Positions 8,674 to 18,689 of a stretch of 32,000 bases of DNA are shown one piece after another. Numbering within the stretch: the stretch's first letter is position 1; each line of letters begins with the position of its first letter. The position numbers and the translations under genes were made by a program. Below the pieces are notes generated by a model. The model was given only the letters and a program-made list of their open reading frames with translations, did no database searches and was not told where the DNA came from. The DNA is from Candidatus Saccharimonadota bacterium. Lineage in GTDB: Bacteria > Patescibacteriota > Microgenomatia > UBA1406 > GWC2-37-13. Location of the stretch: NCBI GenBank assembly GCA_001790095.1, contig MGBH01000001.1:180001-212000 (forward strand), read 5' to 3'.

Positions 8674-8700
8674 ATTATATCACATTTTTCCTTTTGACAA
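8674..8700 (-). promoter_or_regulatory. Candidate promoter for the GNAT/peptidase block (minus strand)
   Basis: On the minus strand: TTGTCA (8700-8695), 15-nt spacer, extended -10 TGaTATAAT (8682-8674). It would give a leader of about 130 nt containing the 8546-8575 terminator. Confidence 0.4.
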
Positions 8701-8722
8701 CGCGTATTTTTTTTGTTATAAA
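8694..8722 (+). promoter_or_regulatory. Candidate purBA promoter
   Basis: TTGACA (8694-8699), 17-nt spacer, TATAAA (8717-8722). It directly abuts the first possible purB start codons. Confidence 0.45.
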
Positions 8723-10093
8723 TTGGTTCTGGTGAATAAGCCTCCTCCACCATATCAGAGCGAGAACGCCCTAACACCACTTGATGGGAGATATTCTCAT
8801 AGCATAAAAGACTTAGCTCAGTACTTCAGCGAATTTACCCTCAATAAATACAGGCTTAAGGTAGAGATCTATTATCTTATACATCTTGGTGAGCATAAAA
8901 TTTTTCCTTTGAGTGAAAAAGAAAAAGCAAAGATAAAATCTATACTTACCCGATTTGACACCAACGAATATCAAAAAATGAAAGTGATCGAAGAAAAGAT
9001 CAGTCACGATGTTAAGGCGGTTGAGTATTACTTGCGGAAAAAGTTGACTGAAAATAATTTTTCTCATCTTGTCTCTTTTGTTCATTTAGGGTTGACGTCT
9101 GAAGATCTGAACAACCTTTCATATGGACTAACCCTCAAAGAATTCAAGGAGAATGTATTAGAGATACAGCTTAAGGAACTAACAGAGAATCTACGTAAAC
9201 TTGCAAAAAAATACAATGATCAACCGATGCTTGGTCGGACCCACGGACAACCGGCTGTCACAACGACTGTAGGCAAAGAATTTGCCAATTATTATTGGAG
9301 ATTAACAAAACTTCAAAAAAAAATGAAAGCGTTTAAGTTTGAAGCCAAATGCAATGGGGCTGTGGGTAATAATAATGCATTAAAAACTGTGTTGCCCCAA
9401 TATGATTGGATGGATATGGGAAAACAGTTTGTCCTCGGCTTTGACTTCACTCCCAATATCTATACTACTCAGATTCTTCCCTATGACAATTGGCTTGAGT
9501 TTTTCCAAATAATAAAACTGTTAAACGGTGTAGTTGCCGATTTTTCAGTCAATATGTGGCACTACATTATGCTCTGTATATTTATCCAAAAAAAAGACAA
9601 GTGGGAAGTGGGGTCATCGACTATGCCCCAAAAGATAAATCCCATACGTTTTGAACAAGCAGAGGGAGTATTACAACTTGCCAACAGTTTTTTTGAGTAC
9701 TTTGAGCGCAAACTTATTTTTTCCCGCCTGCAACGGGATCTGTCTGACTCAAGTGTGAGACGTAGTTTTGGTGAGGCGTTTGGATATACGATACTGGGAT
9801 GGAAGAGTGTCATGGCAGGACTTAAAAAAGTTTCTCCAAATGAGACTTATCTTAAGGATGAACTTGAAGACCACTGGGAGATACTGTCTGAGGCTATTCA
9901 AACTTTTCTTCGGTATAAAGGGGATGATAAAGCCTATGAAAAACTTAAAACAATGACCCAAGGAAAGAACATAAACAAGCAAAAATATCATAAGGTTCTC
10001 AAAGAGCTCGAACTTGATAAAGAAAAAAAACTTAAGAGCTTAACACCGGCAACATATCTAGGGTATGCAGTTACCCTAGCCAATACTATTTAA
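8723..10093 (+). CDS. purB: Adenylosuccinate lyase
   Basis: 456 aa. N-terminal LTPLDGRY matches E. coli-type PurB. Fumarate-lyase signature region: GSSTMPQKINP. The start is non-ATG (TTG 8723 or GTG 8732); there is no in-frame ATG before the conserved DGRY. Confidence 0.9.
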   Translation: MVLVNKPPPPYQSENALTPLDGRYSHSIKDLAQYFSEFTLNKYRLKVEIYYLIHLGEHKIFPLSEKEKAKIKSILTRFDTNEYQKMKVIEEKISHDVKAVEYYLRKKLTENNFSHLVSFVHLGLTSEDLNNLSYGLTLKEFKENVLEIQLKELTENLRKLAKKYNDQPMLGRTHGQPAVTTTVGKEFANYYWRLTKLQKKMKAFKFEAKCNGAVGNNNALKTVLPQYDWMDMGKQFVLGFDFTPNIYTTQILPYDNWLEFFQIIKLLNGVVADFSVNMWHYIMLCIFIQKKDKWEVGSSTMPQKINPIRFEQAEGVLQLANSFFEYFERKLIFSRLQRDLSDSSVRRSFGEAFGYTILGWKSVMAGLKKVSPNETYLKDELEDHWEILSEAIQTFLRYKGDDKAYEKLKTMTQGKNINKQKYHKVLKELELDKEKKLKSLTPATYLGYAVTLANTI

Positions 10094-11374
<1,281 letters not shown>

Positions 11375-11386
11375 TACAATAACTTT

Positions 11387-12253
11387 ATGAAAAAGAAGAT
11401 TGGTATTTTCATATTGCTTGTTGTTGGCTTTGTTTTGTTTGTTATGGTACGGTTTATCCTTCTTGATACCCAAAATACGACAGGCAAACTTAAGATTGTT
11501 TCTTATCCTGCCTCAAGTGTATTTATCAACAACGTGGCAATAGGGAAGGTTCCCTTTGAAGACAAGCATAAGGTGGGGGAGTTTCTTCTTAAGCTCATAC
11601 CAGAGGAAAACGCTACTCAGACTGCATCATGGCAGAGAAAAATAAAAGTCTATAAAAATGCGCTTACTTATGTAAACGTTGAACTGGGAAGTACTGACTT
11701 GACAACAGCTGGTGACATTATGGATGTTACCAAGATGGATAAGGTTTTAAATGGGGATAAGGGAGAGGTGAGTGTTGAAACTGAACCGTCAGGTGCCATC
11801 ATCTATCTTGATAATGATGAAAAAGGAGTTGCTCCTGTTATTTTGACCGATGTATTAAAAGGAGATCATGAGCTCTCAGTTTTCATGCCCGGATTTTTTC
11901 GCCGGACTCAAAAGATCAATGTAGTTCCGGGGTATCGAATCAATGCTTATGTAAAGCTTGCCATTGATCCAAATCAATCACCTTCATTCAAGGTTGAAGA
12001 CATAAAGAAAGACGCTTCACCATCGGCCACACCTTCTTCTCCCTCTGGTGGGCAAAAAGTGGTGGTACGTGGAACTCCCGAGGGGTTTTTGAACGTGCGG
12101 GAAGATGCCACAGTTACAGCATCAAAAGCTGCTGAGGTAAAAGAGGGAGATATATTTGAGGTACTTGAAGAAAAAAGCAGTTGGTATAAGATCGAATATG
12201 AAACCGGTAAACAGGGTTGGATCTCTTCTGAATATACCAGAAACCAAGAATAA
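11387..12253 (+). CDS. Membrane-anchored PEGA-domain / SH3b-domain protein
   Basis: 288 aa with an N-terminal TM helix and two PEGA-like repeats (for example VETEPSGAIIYLDNDEKGVAPVILTDVLKGDHELSV). A Ser/Pro linker precedes a C-terminal SH3b-like segment (GFLNVRED...WYKIEY..GKQGWISSEY). Confidence 0.6.
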   Translation: MKKKIGIFILLVVGFVLFVMVRFILLDTQNTTGKLKIVSYPASSVFINNVAIGKVPFEDKHKVGEFLLKLIPEENATQTASWQRKIKVYKNALTYVNVELGSTDLTTAGDIMDVTKMDKVLNGDKGEVSVETEPSGAIIYLDNDEKGVAPVILTDVLKGDHELSVFMPGFFRRTQKINVVPGYRINAYVKLAIDPNQSPSFKVEDIKKDASPSATPSSPSGGQKVVVRGTPEGFLNVREDATVTASKAAEVKEGDIFEVLEEKSSWYKIEYETGKQGWISSEYTRNQE

Positions 12254-12274
12254 TCTCCTACCAATTTATCTTTT

Positions 12275-13414
12275 CTATTTATGTTTCCATACAACCTTGT
12301 TATACAAGACGTATGAATAAGGAATTATGATGAAGGCGATGATTAACACTTTATAGAGGATCCAGGACTGCAGATCAAACACGCTAAGCATATGTATCTG
12401 CTTATCACCAAATAGTTTCAAGGCAAGCGCTAGTCCTCCACCTTGAATAAGCACAGAACCAAAAGAGACAAAATTGAATAATAAAAATTTACCAACATAA
12501 GCAAAAGGTCCTCCAACGATCTTTTTATGTCGAAAACTCCAAAAATTATTGATGATGAAATTAAACACAATAGCAACCTCAGCAGAAAGCATGTTTGCAG
12601 GAGCTTTAGCAATGTGAATAAAATTAATAAACAAATAAGCGAACGAGAAATCAACCAAAAATCCAAAAAGACCGACAAGGATGAATTTAATAAATGAAGA
12701 ATGAGATAAAACATACCGGATTGTTTGACCGATGTATTGAACTGAGTTTATCTTCGAAACCCCCTCTTTTCGATCTATAAAGTTCACGGGAATTTCTTCG
12801 ATACGCGCATGTTGTTGTACTGCAAAGTCAAGGAGCGCAATTTGAAACACGTACCCCGAATAGTTTTGTATATGATGCATGGAGTTTTTTACTATCCAGA
12901 CCTTTATGGCACGAAAACCGTCAGTCCAGTCGGTGATAGAAAGACGCATAAACCCCAAGCGGACAAAAAGACTGGCGCCAATGGAAAAAATCTTGCGGTG
13001 CAGACCCCAGTTTGAAGGGATAGAACCCCCCTTTATATATCGGGACCCTATCACAAAGTCAGCACCTTTCTCGATTTTTTGCAAGAATTTTGGGACATCT
13101 TTAGGGTTATGTGAAAGGTCAGCATCCATTTCAAAAAGAAGAAATGGACTCAGTTTCTCGATGGCGAATTTAAACCCTTGGACATAAGCTCTTCCCAGAC
13201 CTTCTTTATTGGTTCGTAGGAGATGAAGACGGGGATATATCTTCATAAGTTCTTCAACGATTCCCTGTGTTCCATCAGGAGAATTGCTGTCAACGACCAG
13301 TATATGTATTTCCCAATTAGATAGAGGCTTGGTATGGGCAAATACCTGTTCGATTACTGCTCCAACGCTTTCCTTTTCGTTATATGTCGGAATTACGATA
13401 ACTGCTTTTTTCAT
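12275..13414 (-). CDS. GT2 polyprenol-phosphate glycosyltransferase (DPM1-like) fused to a GtrA-like membrane domain
   Basis: 379 aa with VIVIPTYNE, VVDSNSPDGT and the EMDADLSH (DxD) motif. The C-terminal four-TM segment resembles GtrA (FILVGLFGFLVDF...NFIINNFWSFR). There is a 4-nt ATGA overlap with the upstream gene. Confidence 0.8.
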   Translation of the reverse strand: MKKAVIVIPTYNEKESVGAVIEQVFAHTKPLSNWEIHILVVDSNSPDGTQGIVEELMKIYPRLHLLRTNKEGLGRAYVQGFKFAIEKLSPFLLFEMDADLSHNPKDVPKFLQKIEKGADFVIGSRYIKGGSIPSNWGLHRKIFSIGASLFVRLGFMRLSITDWTDGFRAIKVWIVKNSMHHIQNYSGYVFQIALLDFAVQQHARIEEIPVNFIDRKEGVSKINSVQYIGQTIRYVLSHSSFIKFILVGLFGFLVDFSFAYLFINFIHIAKAPANMLSAEVAIVFNFIINNFWSFRHKKIVGGPFAYVGKFLLFNFVSFGSVLIQGGGLALALKLFGDKQIHMLSVFDLQSWILYKVLIIAFIIIPYSYVLYNKVVWKHK

Positions 13415-14367
13415 AGGCCTTGTTCTTTAAAATGAGTAATTGTTTTTTGCAATCCTACTTCAAGTGAGGTTGTACAGCTCCATTTTAGGAGTTTTTCAGC
13501 TTGCGTTGTGTCAGCTCTTCTTTTTTTTGGGTCATCCTCAGGTAAAGTCTCACTTATAACTATTTTGCTTTGCGAGCCAGTCAATTTTTTCACAAGCTTT
13601 GCAAAATCCAAAACCGTAAGTTCATCAGTATTGCCGAGATTTACAATAGTTCCTTTGGTGTTAGGATAAAACATAAGATGCATCAAACCCTCCACCATAT
13701 CGTCGATATAGCAGAGCGATCTAGTTTGCGTACCGTCACCAAATATAGTTATCGGTTTTCCTTCAAGAGCTTGTACGATAAATGATATGATCATACGCAT
13801 ATCTGACTTCAACATAAAAGGTCCGTAGGTGTTAAATATACGTGCAATTCGAGTGTCAACTTTTTTATTTCGCAAATAATATGCAGTTAAAGTCTCACCA
13901 AACCTTTTTGCCTCATCATATACTGAACGGGGACCTGTTGTTGAAACATTACCCCTATACTCTTCGGGTTGAGGATGGACTTCCGGATCACCATATACTT
14001 CTGAGGTAGATGCAAAAAGGAACTTTGCTTTATTTTTTTTCGCAAACTTCAAAAGTTCATGAGTCCCGACCGTATTTGCCATCATAGTTTCCATAGGAAG
14101 CGCATGATAGCTTAGAGGCGAATGATGGTTGGGGGAAGCTGGGGATGCAAGGTGAAAAACCGCATCAGCTACGATACCAACAGGCAGGGGTTCGGTGATA
14201 TCTTGTTCAAGAAAAGAAAACAGACGGTTTGTCATAAGGTCCTTGATATTATTTTTTGATCCAGTTAACAGATTGTCAACACAAATGACTTCATAATTCT
14301 CCCGTACCATTCTTCGTGATAGATGTGAGCCGATGAAACCGGCACCTCCCGCTATAAGTATTTTCAT
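13411..14367 (-). CDS. UDP-glucuronate decarboxylase (UDP-xylose synthase)-type SDR
   Basis: 318 aa with GGAGFIGSH, STSEVYGDPEVHPQPE and YDEAKR (YxxxK). It sits directly downstream of ugd and overlaps it by 4 nt. Confidence 0.75.
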   Translation of the reverse strand: MKILIAGGAGFIGSHLSRRMVRENYEVICVDNLLTGSKNNIKDLMTNRLFSFLEQDITEPLPVGIVADAVFHLASPASPNHHSPLSYHALPMETMMANTVGTHELLKFAKKNKAKFLFASTSEVYGDPEVHPQPEEYRGNVSTTGPRSVYDEAKRFGETLTAYYLRNKKVDTRIARIFNTYGPFMLKSDMRMIISFIVQALEGKPITIFGDGTQTRSLCYIDDMVEGLMHLMFYPNTKGTIVNLGNTDELTVLDFAKLVKKLTGSQSKIVISETLPEDDPKKRRADTTQAEKLLKWSCTTSLEVGLQKTITHFKEQGL

Positions 14368-15665
14368 ATAATAATAGGTTGTCTTCCTGTTGAATAATAA
14401 GTAAAGCCTAGTTTTTTCATGAGTGCTGGTTCATAGATATTACGCCCATCAAAGATAAGAGGAGTTTTCATGATTTTTTTTACTTTTTCAAGATCTATCT
14501 GTTTAAACTCATTCCACTCAGTTACAATCAAAACAGCATCAGTATTGCTGGCTGCTTCGTAAGGGTTGCTAGTGTAAACTAATTTATCACCGTACTTTTT
14601 TTTGATATTCTCCATGCCTTCTTGGTCATATACTTGTAAAGTAAAACCTTTTTTCAGCAATGCTTCAATGATGTCAAGTGATGGTGCAAAGCGTATATCG
14701 TCGGTATTGGGTTTGAAACTTAAACCCCACAGGCCAATAGTTTTACCTTTTGTGTTTTTAAATACTTTATCAAGAAAATATACTCTGGTTTGATAATTTA
14801 CATTCTCAGTTGCCTCAAGAAGTTTTGCATCGATATGTAGACTTTCTCCTGTATTGATAAGGGCTTTTACATCTTTAGGGAAACATGATCCTCCATATCC
14901 GACTCCAGGATCCATAAATATTCGACCAATGCGTTTATCAAGCCCGACAGCATCAAGGACCATCTCAACATCAGCTCCGGTTTTCTCACAATAAAAGGAA
15001 ATGAGGTTGGCGAATGATATTTTTACCGCAAGCATGGAGTTTGCAGTATATTTGATTAGTTCTGCGGATGACAGGTCAGTGACGACTTTTTTGCCTGGTA
15101 TGGGATCATGAAGTTTAAGAAGTATGTCGATAGCTTTTTGAGAAGAGGAACCGATGACTACGCGATCTGCAAAAAAAGTATCGTTGATTGCAGATCCTTC
15201 TCTTAAGAATTCAGGACATGATGCAACCGCAAATTCAGCATCTTTTCGCTTTTGTTTCAATAGAGTCTCTTGGATTTTTTTATTTGTGCCAACGGGCACC
15301 GTACTTTTACATGAGACGACTGTAAATCCTTTTTTTAAAAGCGGTGCAATGTTTTGTACCACCATGAATACGGTTGAGAGGTCTGCTTCACCGTTCTGTT
15401 TAGGTGGAGTGCCAACAGTTATAAATATAATATCAGATTTAGCCACAGCCTTGTCATAAACTTTTGTAAAATGGAGCCGTCCTGCTTTTATATTCTTCTT
15501 TAACAACTCTTCAAGTCCTGGTTCATAGATAATTGGGTCACCGTTTTTCAGTCTTTCCAATTTTTCATCTGTATGTCCGATGACCCAGACATCATTGCCA
15601 AAATCTGCAAAACAACAAGCGGAAACTAATCCAACATATCCATGTCCAACTATAGTTATTGTCAT
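14364..15665 (-). CDS. ugd: UDP-glucose 6-dehydrogenase
   Basis: 433 aa with GHGYVGLV (Rossmann fold), catalytic GGSCFPKD and IYEPGLEEL. Confidence 0.9.
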   Translation of the reverse strand: MTITIVGHGYVGLVSACCFADFGNDVWVIGHTDEKLERLKNGDPIIYEPGLEELLKKNIKAGRLHFTKVYDKAVAKSDIIFITVGTPPKQNGEADLSTVFMVVQNIAPLLKKGFTVVSCKSTVPVGTNKKIQETLLKQKRKDAEFAVASCPEFLREGSAINDTFFADRVVIGSSSQKAIDILLKLHDPIPGKKVVTDLSSAELIKYTANSMLAVKISFANLISFYCEKTGADVEMVLDAVGLDKRIGRIFMDPGVGYGGSCFPKDVKALINTGESLHIDAKLLEATENVNYQTRVYFLDKVFKNTKGKTIGLWGLSFKPNTDDIRFAPSLDIIEALLKKGFTLQVYDQEGMENIKKKYGDKLVYTSNPYEAASNTDAVLIVTEWNEFKQIDLEKVKKIMKTPLIFDGRNIYEPALMKKLGFTYYSTGRQPIII

Positions 15666-15670
15666 ATGTT

Positions 15671-16501
15671 TTATGAACGTAACATAAATTGTAATCCTTC
15701 TTCAAATGATTTCATCCGGTAAAAAGTATTTTTTTTGCTTCGGATATCACTTAGTTGAGGACGAAGCGCTTTCTTTTTAAAATATTCTTTATATGCTACT
15801 GGCATGATAAGATCTTCTTCTAGACCAAATATTCGGGCAACCATCTTGCCGGCAGCAAATGGCGAAAGAGCTCCTCCACCGTTTATGTGGAATACTTCAT
15901 TGGTATAATTTTGCATGAGATGTTTGAGAGCATAGGCGATATCGTCGATAAAGGTTGGTGTAATAAGTGAATCGCTTACCATTGACAACTTTTTCCTTTG
16001 TTCAAGCAAAGTTCTTACGGCCCGAACGAAATCTTTTTTTATCTCAAACGTTTTACGGTACGGATATGAAATCCGTACAATCATTGCCTTACCTGCTAAC
16101 ACTTTTTCACCTTCTAATTTTGATTCTCCATAGGTGGAGATTGGATTGACAAGAGAGTCTTCATAAAAGGGGGGATTTTTTCCATCGAACACAAAGTCGG
16201 TTGAGATATAGATAAGTCTTTTTCTTTTATATAAGACCGCATCCATTATGTTTTTAGTACCGTCCTTATTTACTTTAAAAGCAAGATTTCTATTTTGTTC
16301 TGCTCCATCCACATTGGTATATGCGGCAAGATGAAGAAATAAATCAAACTCAAGTTCCTTAAGGGTCTTCCATACATCATCTTTGTCTGTGATGTCAATA
16401 TGGGTTTGGAGAAGTGGAAGAAAAATAAATTCTTTTCCAAGAAGTTCAATAATTCGTGATCCAACCAGTCCGGTTGATCCGGTGACAATGACTTTTAACA
16501 T
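15671..16501 (-). CDS. rfbD: dTDP-4-dehydrorhamnose reductase-like SDR
   Basis: 276 aa with GSTGLVG and YGESKLEGE (YxxxK). Its size and its position next to rfbB fit RmlD. Confidence 0.7.
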   Translation of the reverse strand: MLKVIVTGSTGLVGSRIIELLGKEFIFLPLLQTHIDITDKDDVWKTLKELEFDLFLHLAAYTNVDGAEQNRNLAFKVNKDGTKNIMDAVLYKRKRLIYISTDFVFDGKNPPFYEDSLVNPISTYGESKLEGEKVLAGKAMIVRISYPYRKTFEIKKDFVRAVRTLLEQRKKLSMVSDSLITPTFIDDIAYALKHLMQNYTNEVFHINGGGALSPFAAGKMVARIFGLEEDLIMPVAYKEYFKKKALRPQLSDIRSKKNTFYRMKSFEEGLQFMLRS

Positions 16502-16504
16502 ATT

Positions 16505-17515
16505 TTATTTGCCGTACTGTGTTTGGTAATACTCAGTGTAAGTTCCCGATTTGATTCGTTTCAACCAGATGGAGTTATGCTTATACCAATCTATAGTTTC
16601 TTCAAGCGCTTGGTCAAAATTATAATTCGGAGACCATCCAAGTTCTTTATGGATCGTAGACCAGTCAATGGCATAGCGTCTATCATGACCGGGTCGATCT
16701 TTTACATATTCGATCTGGTTGTCATCTTTTCCCATTATCCTTAAGATTTTCTTTATGATCTTAATATTTGATATATCCTCAGTGAGACCTCCGATAAGAT
16801 ACGTTTTGCCGACTTCCCCTTTTTGAAGTATAAGGTCGATTGCTCTGCAATGATCGTCAACATAAAGCCAATCCCTAACATAGAGGCCATCACCGTAGAC
16901 AGGAACTTTTTTACCTTCTATGATATTGCTGATAGCAAGCGGAATGAATTTTTCGGGAAACTGAAAAGGTCCGAAATTGTTTGAGCAATTTGAAATCGTA
17001 ATTGGAAGATTGTAAGTTGTATGATACGCTCTTACAATGTGGTCAGAAGCCGCCTTTGAAGCTGAATAGGGACTACGTGGGTTATAGGGTGTATGGTCGC
17101 CGAATTTTTCTTTTGAGTCGAGTTTAAGAGCGCCAAATACCTCATCGGTTGAGATATGGTGAAAGCGTAAGATCTTATTTTTTCGTGCAGCCTCAAGCAA
17201 GACGTAAGTCCCTTCAACGTTTGTTTTGATAAATGGGGCTGCATCTATGATTGATCTATCAACGTGTGACTCAGCTGCAAAATGGACCATGGTGTCAGTA
17301 TTAGATGCAAGTTTGTTGACAAGCTGAGTGTCACATATGTTGCCGTGAACAAACTCATAATGTGGATTTTTTTCTATGGTTTTGAGATTTTCAAGATTGC
17401 CGGCATAGGTCAATGCATCAAGATTGACGATGGTGTCTTGTGGATATTTTTTCAGCCAATATATTATGAAGTTCGATCCGATAAATCCCGCGCCTCCAGT
17501 GACAAGTATTCGCAT
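16505..17515 (-). CDS. rfbB: dTDP-glucose 4,6-dehydratase
   Basis: 336 aa with GGAGFIGSNF, HISTDEVFG and YSASKAASDH. The C-terminal DRRYAID motif is typical of RmlB. Confidence 0.92.
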   Translation of the reverse strand: MRILVTGGAGFIGSNFIIYWLKKYPQDTIVNLDALTYAGNLENLKTIEKNPHYEFVHGNICDTQLVNKLASNTDTMVHFAAESHVDRSIIDAAPFIKTNVEGTYVLLEAARKNKILRFHHISTDEVFGALKLDSKEKFGDHTPYNPRSPYSASKAASDHIVRAYHTTYNLPITISNCSNNFGPFQFPEKFIPLAISNIIEGKKVPVYGDGLYVRDWLYVDDHCRAIDLILQKGEVGKTYLIGGLTEDISNIKIIKKILRIMGKDDNQIEYVKDRPGHDRRYAIDWSTIHKELGWSPNYNFDQALEETIDWYKHNSIWLKRIKSGTYTEYYQTQYGK

Positions 17516-17564
17516 ATCATTCTATTGTAGCAAAAAAAGCATAGTTTTGTGGACGGCTAACTGA

Positions 17565-18689
17565 TCAGGTATGCTTTGATCGAAATATTAAATCTTCAAG
17601 AAGTTCCCATCGTTTTTTCTTGACCGCATAGGGGACATCATCCTTCATGGTTTTTGTTGCAACTGTGAACGGCCGTTTTGAATAAATAGCCACATAGGCT
17701 TTTTTAAAATCAACACTTTTTACTAGTTTCACTGTGTTGTTAAATTCTTCATCAGTCTCCTTACAAAATCCTACGATTATATCTGTTGTGACTGAAACAT
17801 TTGAGATTTGACGTTTTAGTTTTGAAATTAGAGCAATATATTGATCTGCCGTATACCAGCGGTTCATTCGTTTAAGTACGTCGTCGTCTCCTGACTGGAC
17901 CGGAAGATGGATGGTTCGTGTAATGTTTTTATTCTGAGCAATGACGTCTATTAACTCATCTGAAAAATCCCAAGGATTTGATGACATGAAATCAACAAGC
18001 TCAAAACCCATACGAGCGATCTTTTCCAGTAGGTGAGGAAAAAAAGTAGGGATTCTCATTCTTCCAAGATGCTTTACATAGACAGGTTTAGTAGATGGTT
18101 GCATTTTCTGTATGAAATCTGAACCATATGAGTTTACATTTTGTCCAAGGAGGGTTACCATGCGACATCCTTTTTCTCTTAAAGCTATACATTCTTTCAG
18201 AATATCTTCATATGGTCGGCTTATCTCCTTGCCTCGGGTATAGGGGACTACACAAAATGTACAAAAATTATTACATCCATTTGAGATGGGGACCCATGCG
18301 TGTTTGAGGTCTCCGCGTAAGGGCGGATGGTCAAATCCAACTTCTTCAATCGGCATGAACTCATCAACTTCAGGCATTTGCTTATGAAGTTTTTGTAAAT
18401 ATGTTCCTGTTTTATCACGATGAGCCATACCTGTCATACAGCCGGTGACAATGATTTTATATGGCTCCTTTTGTAATACTTTTTGATCTTTGATTTTTTT
18501 TAATTTTTGAGTCAAACCACGAATACGGTTTTCAGGCGCGTGACGGATCATACACGTATTTATTATCGCAATATTGGTATCTTCAAAGCTTGTCGCTTGT
18601 TTGATACCCCGTGTCTCATAAGAAGATGCGATGCGTTCGGAGTCTGCCACATTTTGTTGACAACCAAATGTTTTGATGAAATATTTCAT
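17565..18689 (-). CDS. MiaB/RimO-family radical-SAM methylthiotransferase lacking the TRAM domain
   Basis: 374 aa. The N-terminal cluster cysteines are present (TFGCQQN, INTCMIR, VTGCM), as is the radical-SAM CxxxCxxC (GCNNFCTFC). The protein ends right after the radical-SAM core. Confidence 0.8.
   Translation of the reverse strand: MKYFIKTFGCQQNVADSERIASSYETRGIKQATSFEDTNIAIINTCMIRHAPENRIRGLTQKLKKIKDQKVLQKEPYKIIVTGCMTGMAHRDKTGTYLQKLHKQMPEVDEFMPIEEVGFDHPPLRGDLKHAWVPISNGCNNFCTFCVVPYTRGKEISRPYEDILKECIALREKGCRMVTLLGQNVNSYGSDFIQKMQPSTKPVYVKHLGRMRIPTFFPHLLEKIARMGFELVDFMSSNPWDFSDELIDVIAQNKNITRTIHLPVQSGDDDVLKRMNRWYTADQYIALISKLKRQISNVSVTTDIIVGFCKETDEEFNNTVKLVKSVDFKKAYVAIYSKRPFTVATKTMKDDVPYAVKKKRWELLEDLIFRSKHT

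Noticed and set aside
8598-8780. 60-aa minus-strand ORF spanning the purB start and the divergent promoter region
   Set aside because: Its start lies antisense inside purB and upstream of the only plausible minus-strand promoter. I saw no recognisable motif. It is better explained as a chance ORF; only its 3' end region (SD-like box and mini-ORF) is discussed as a leader element.
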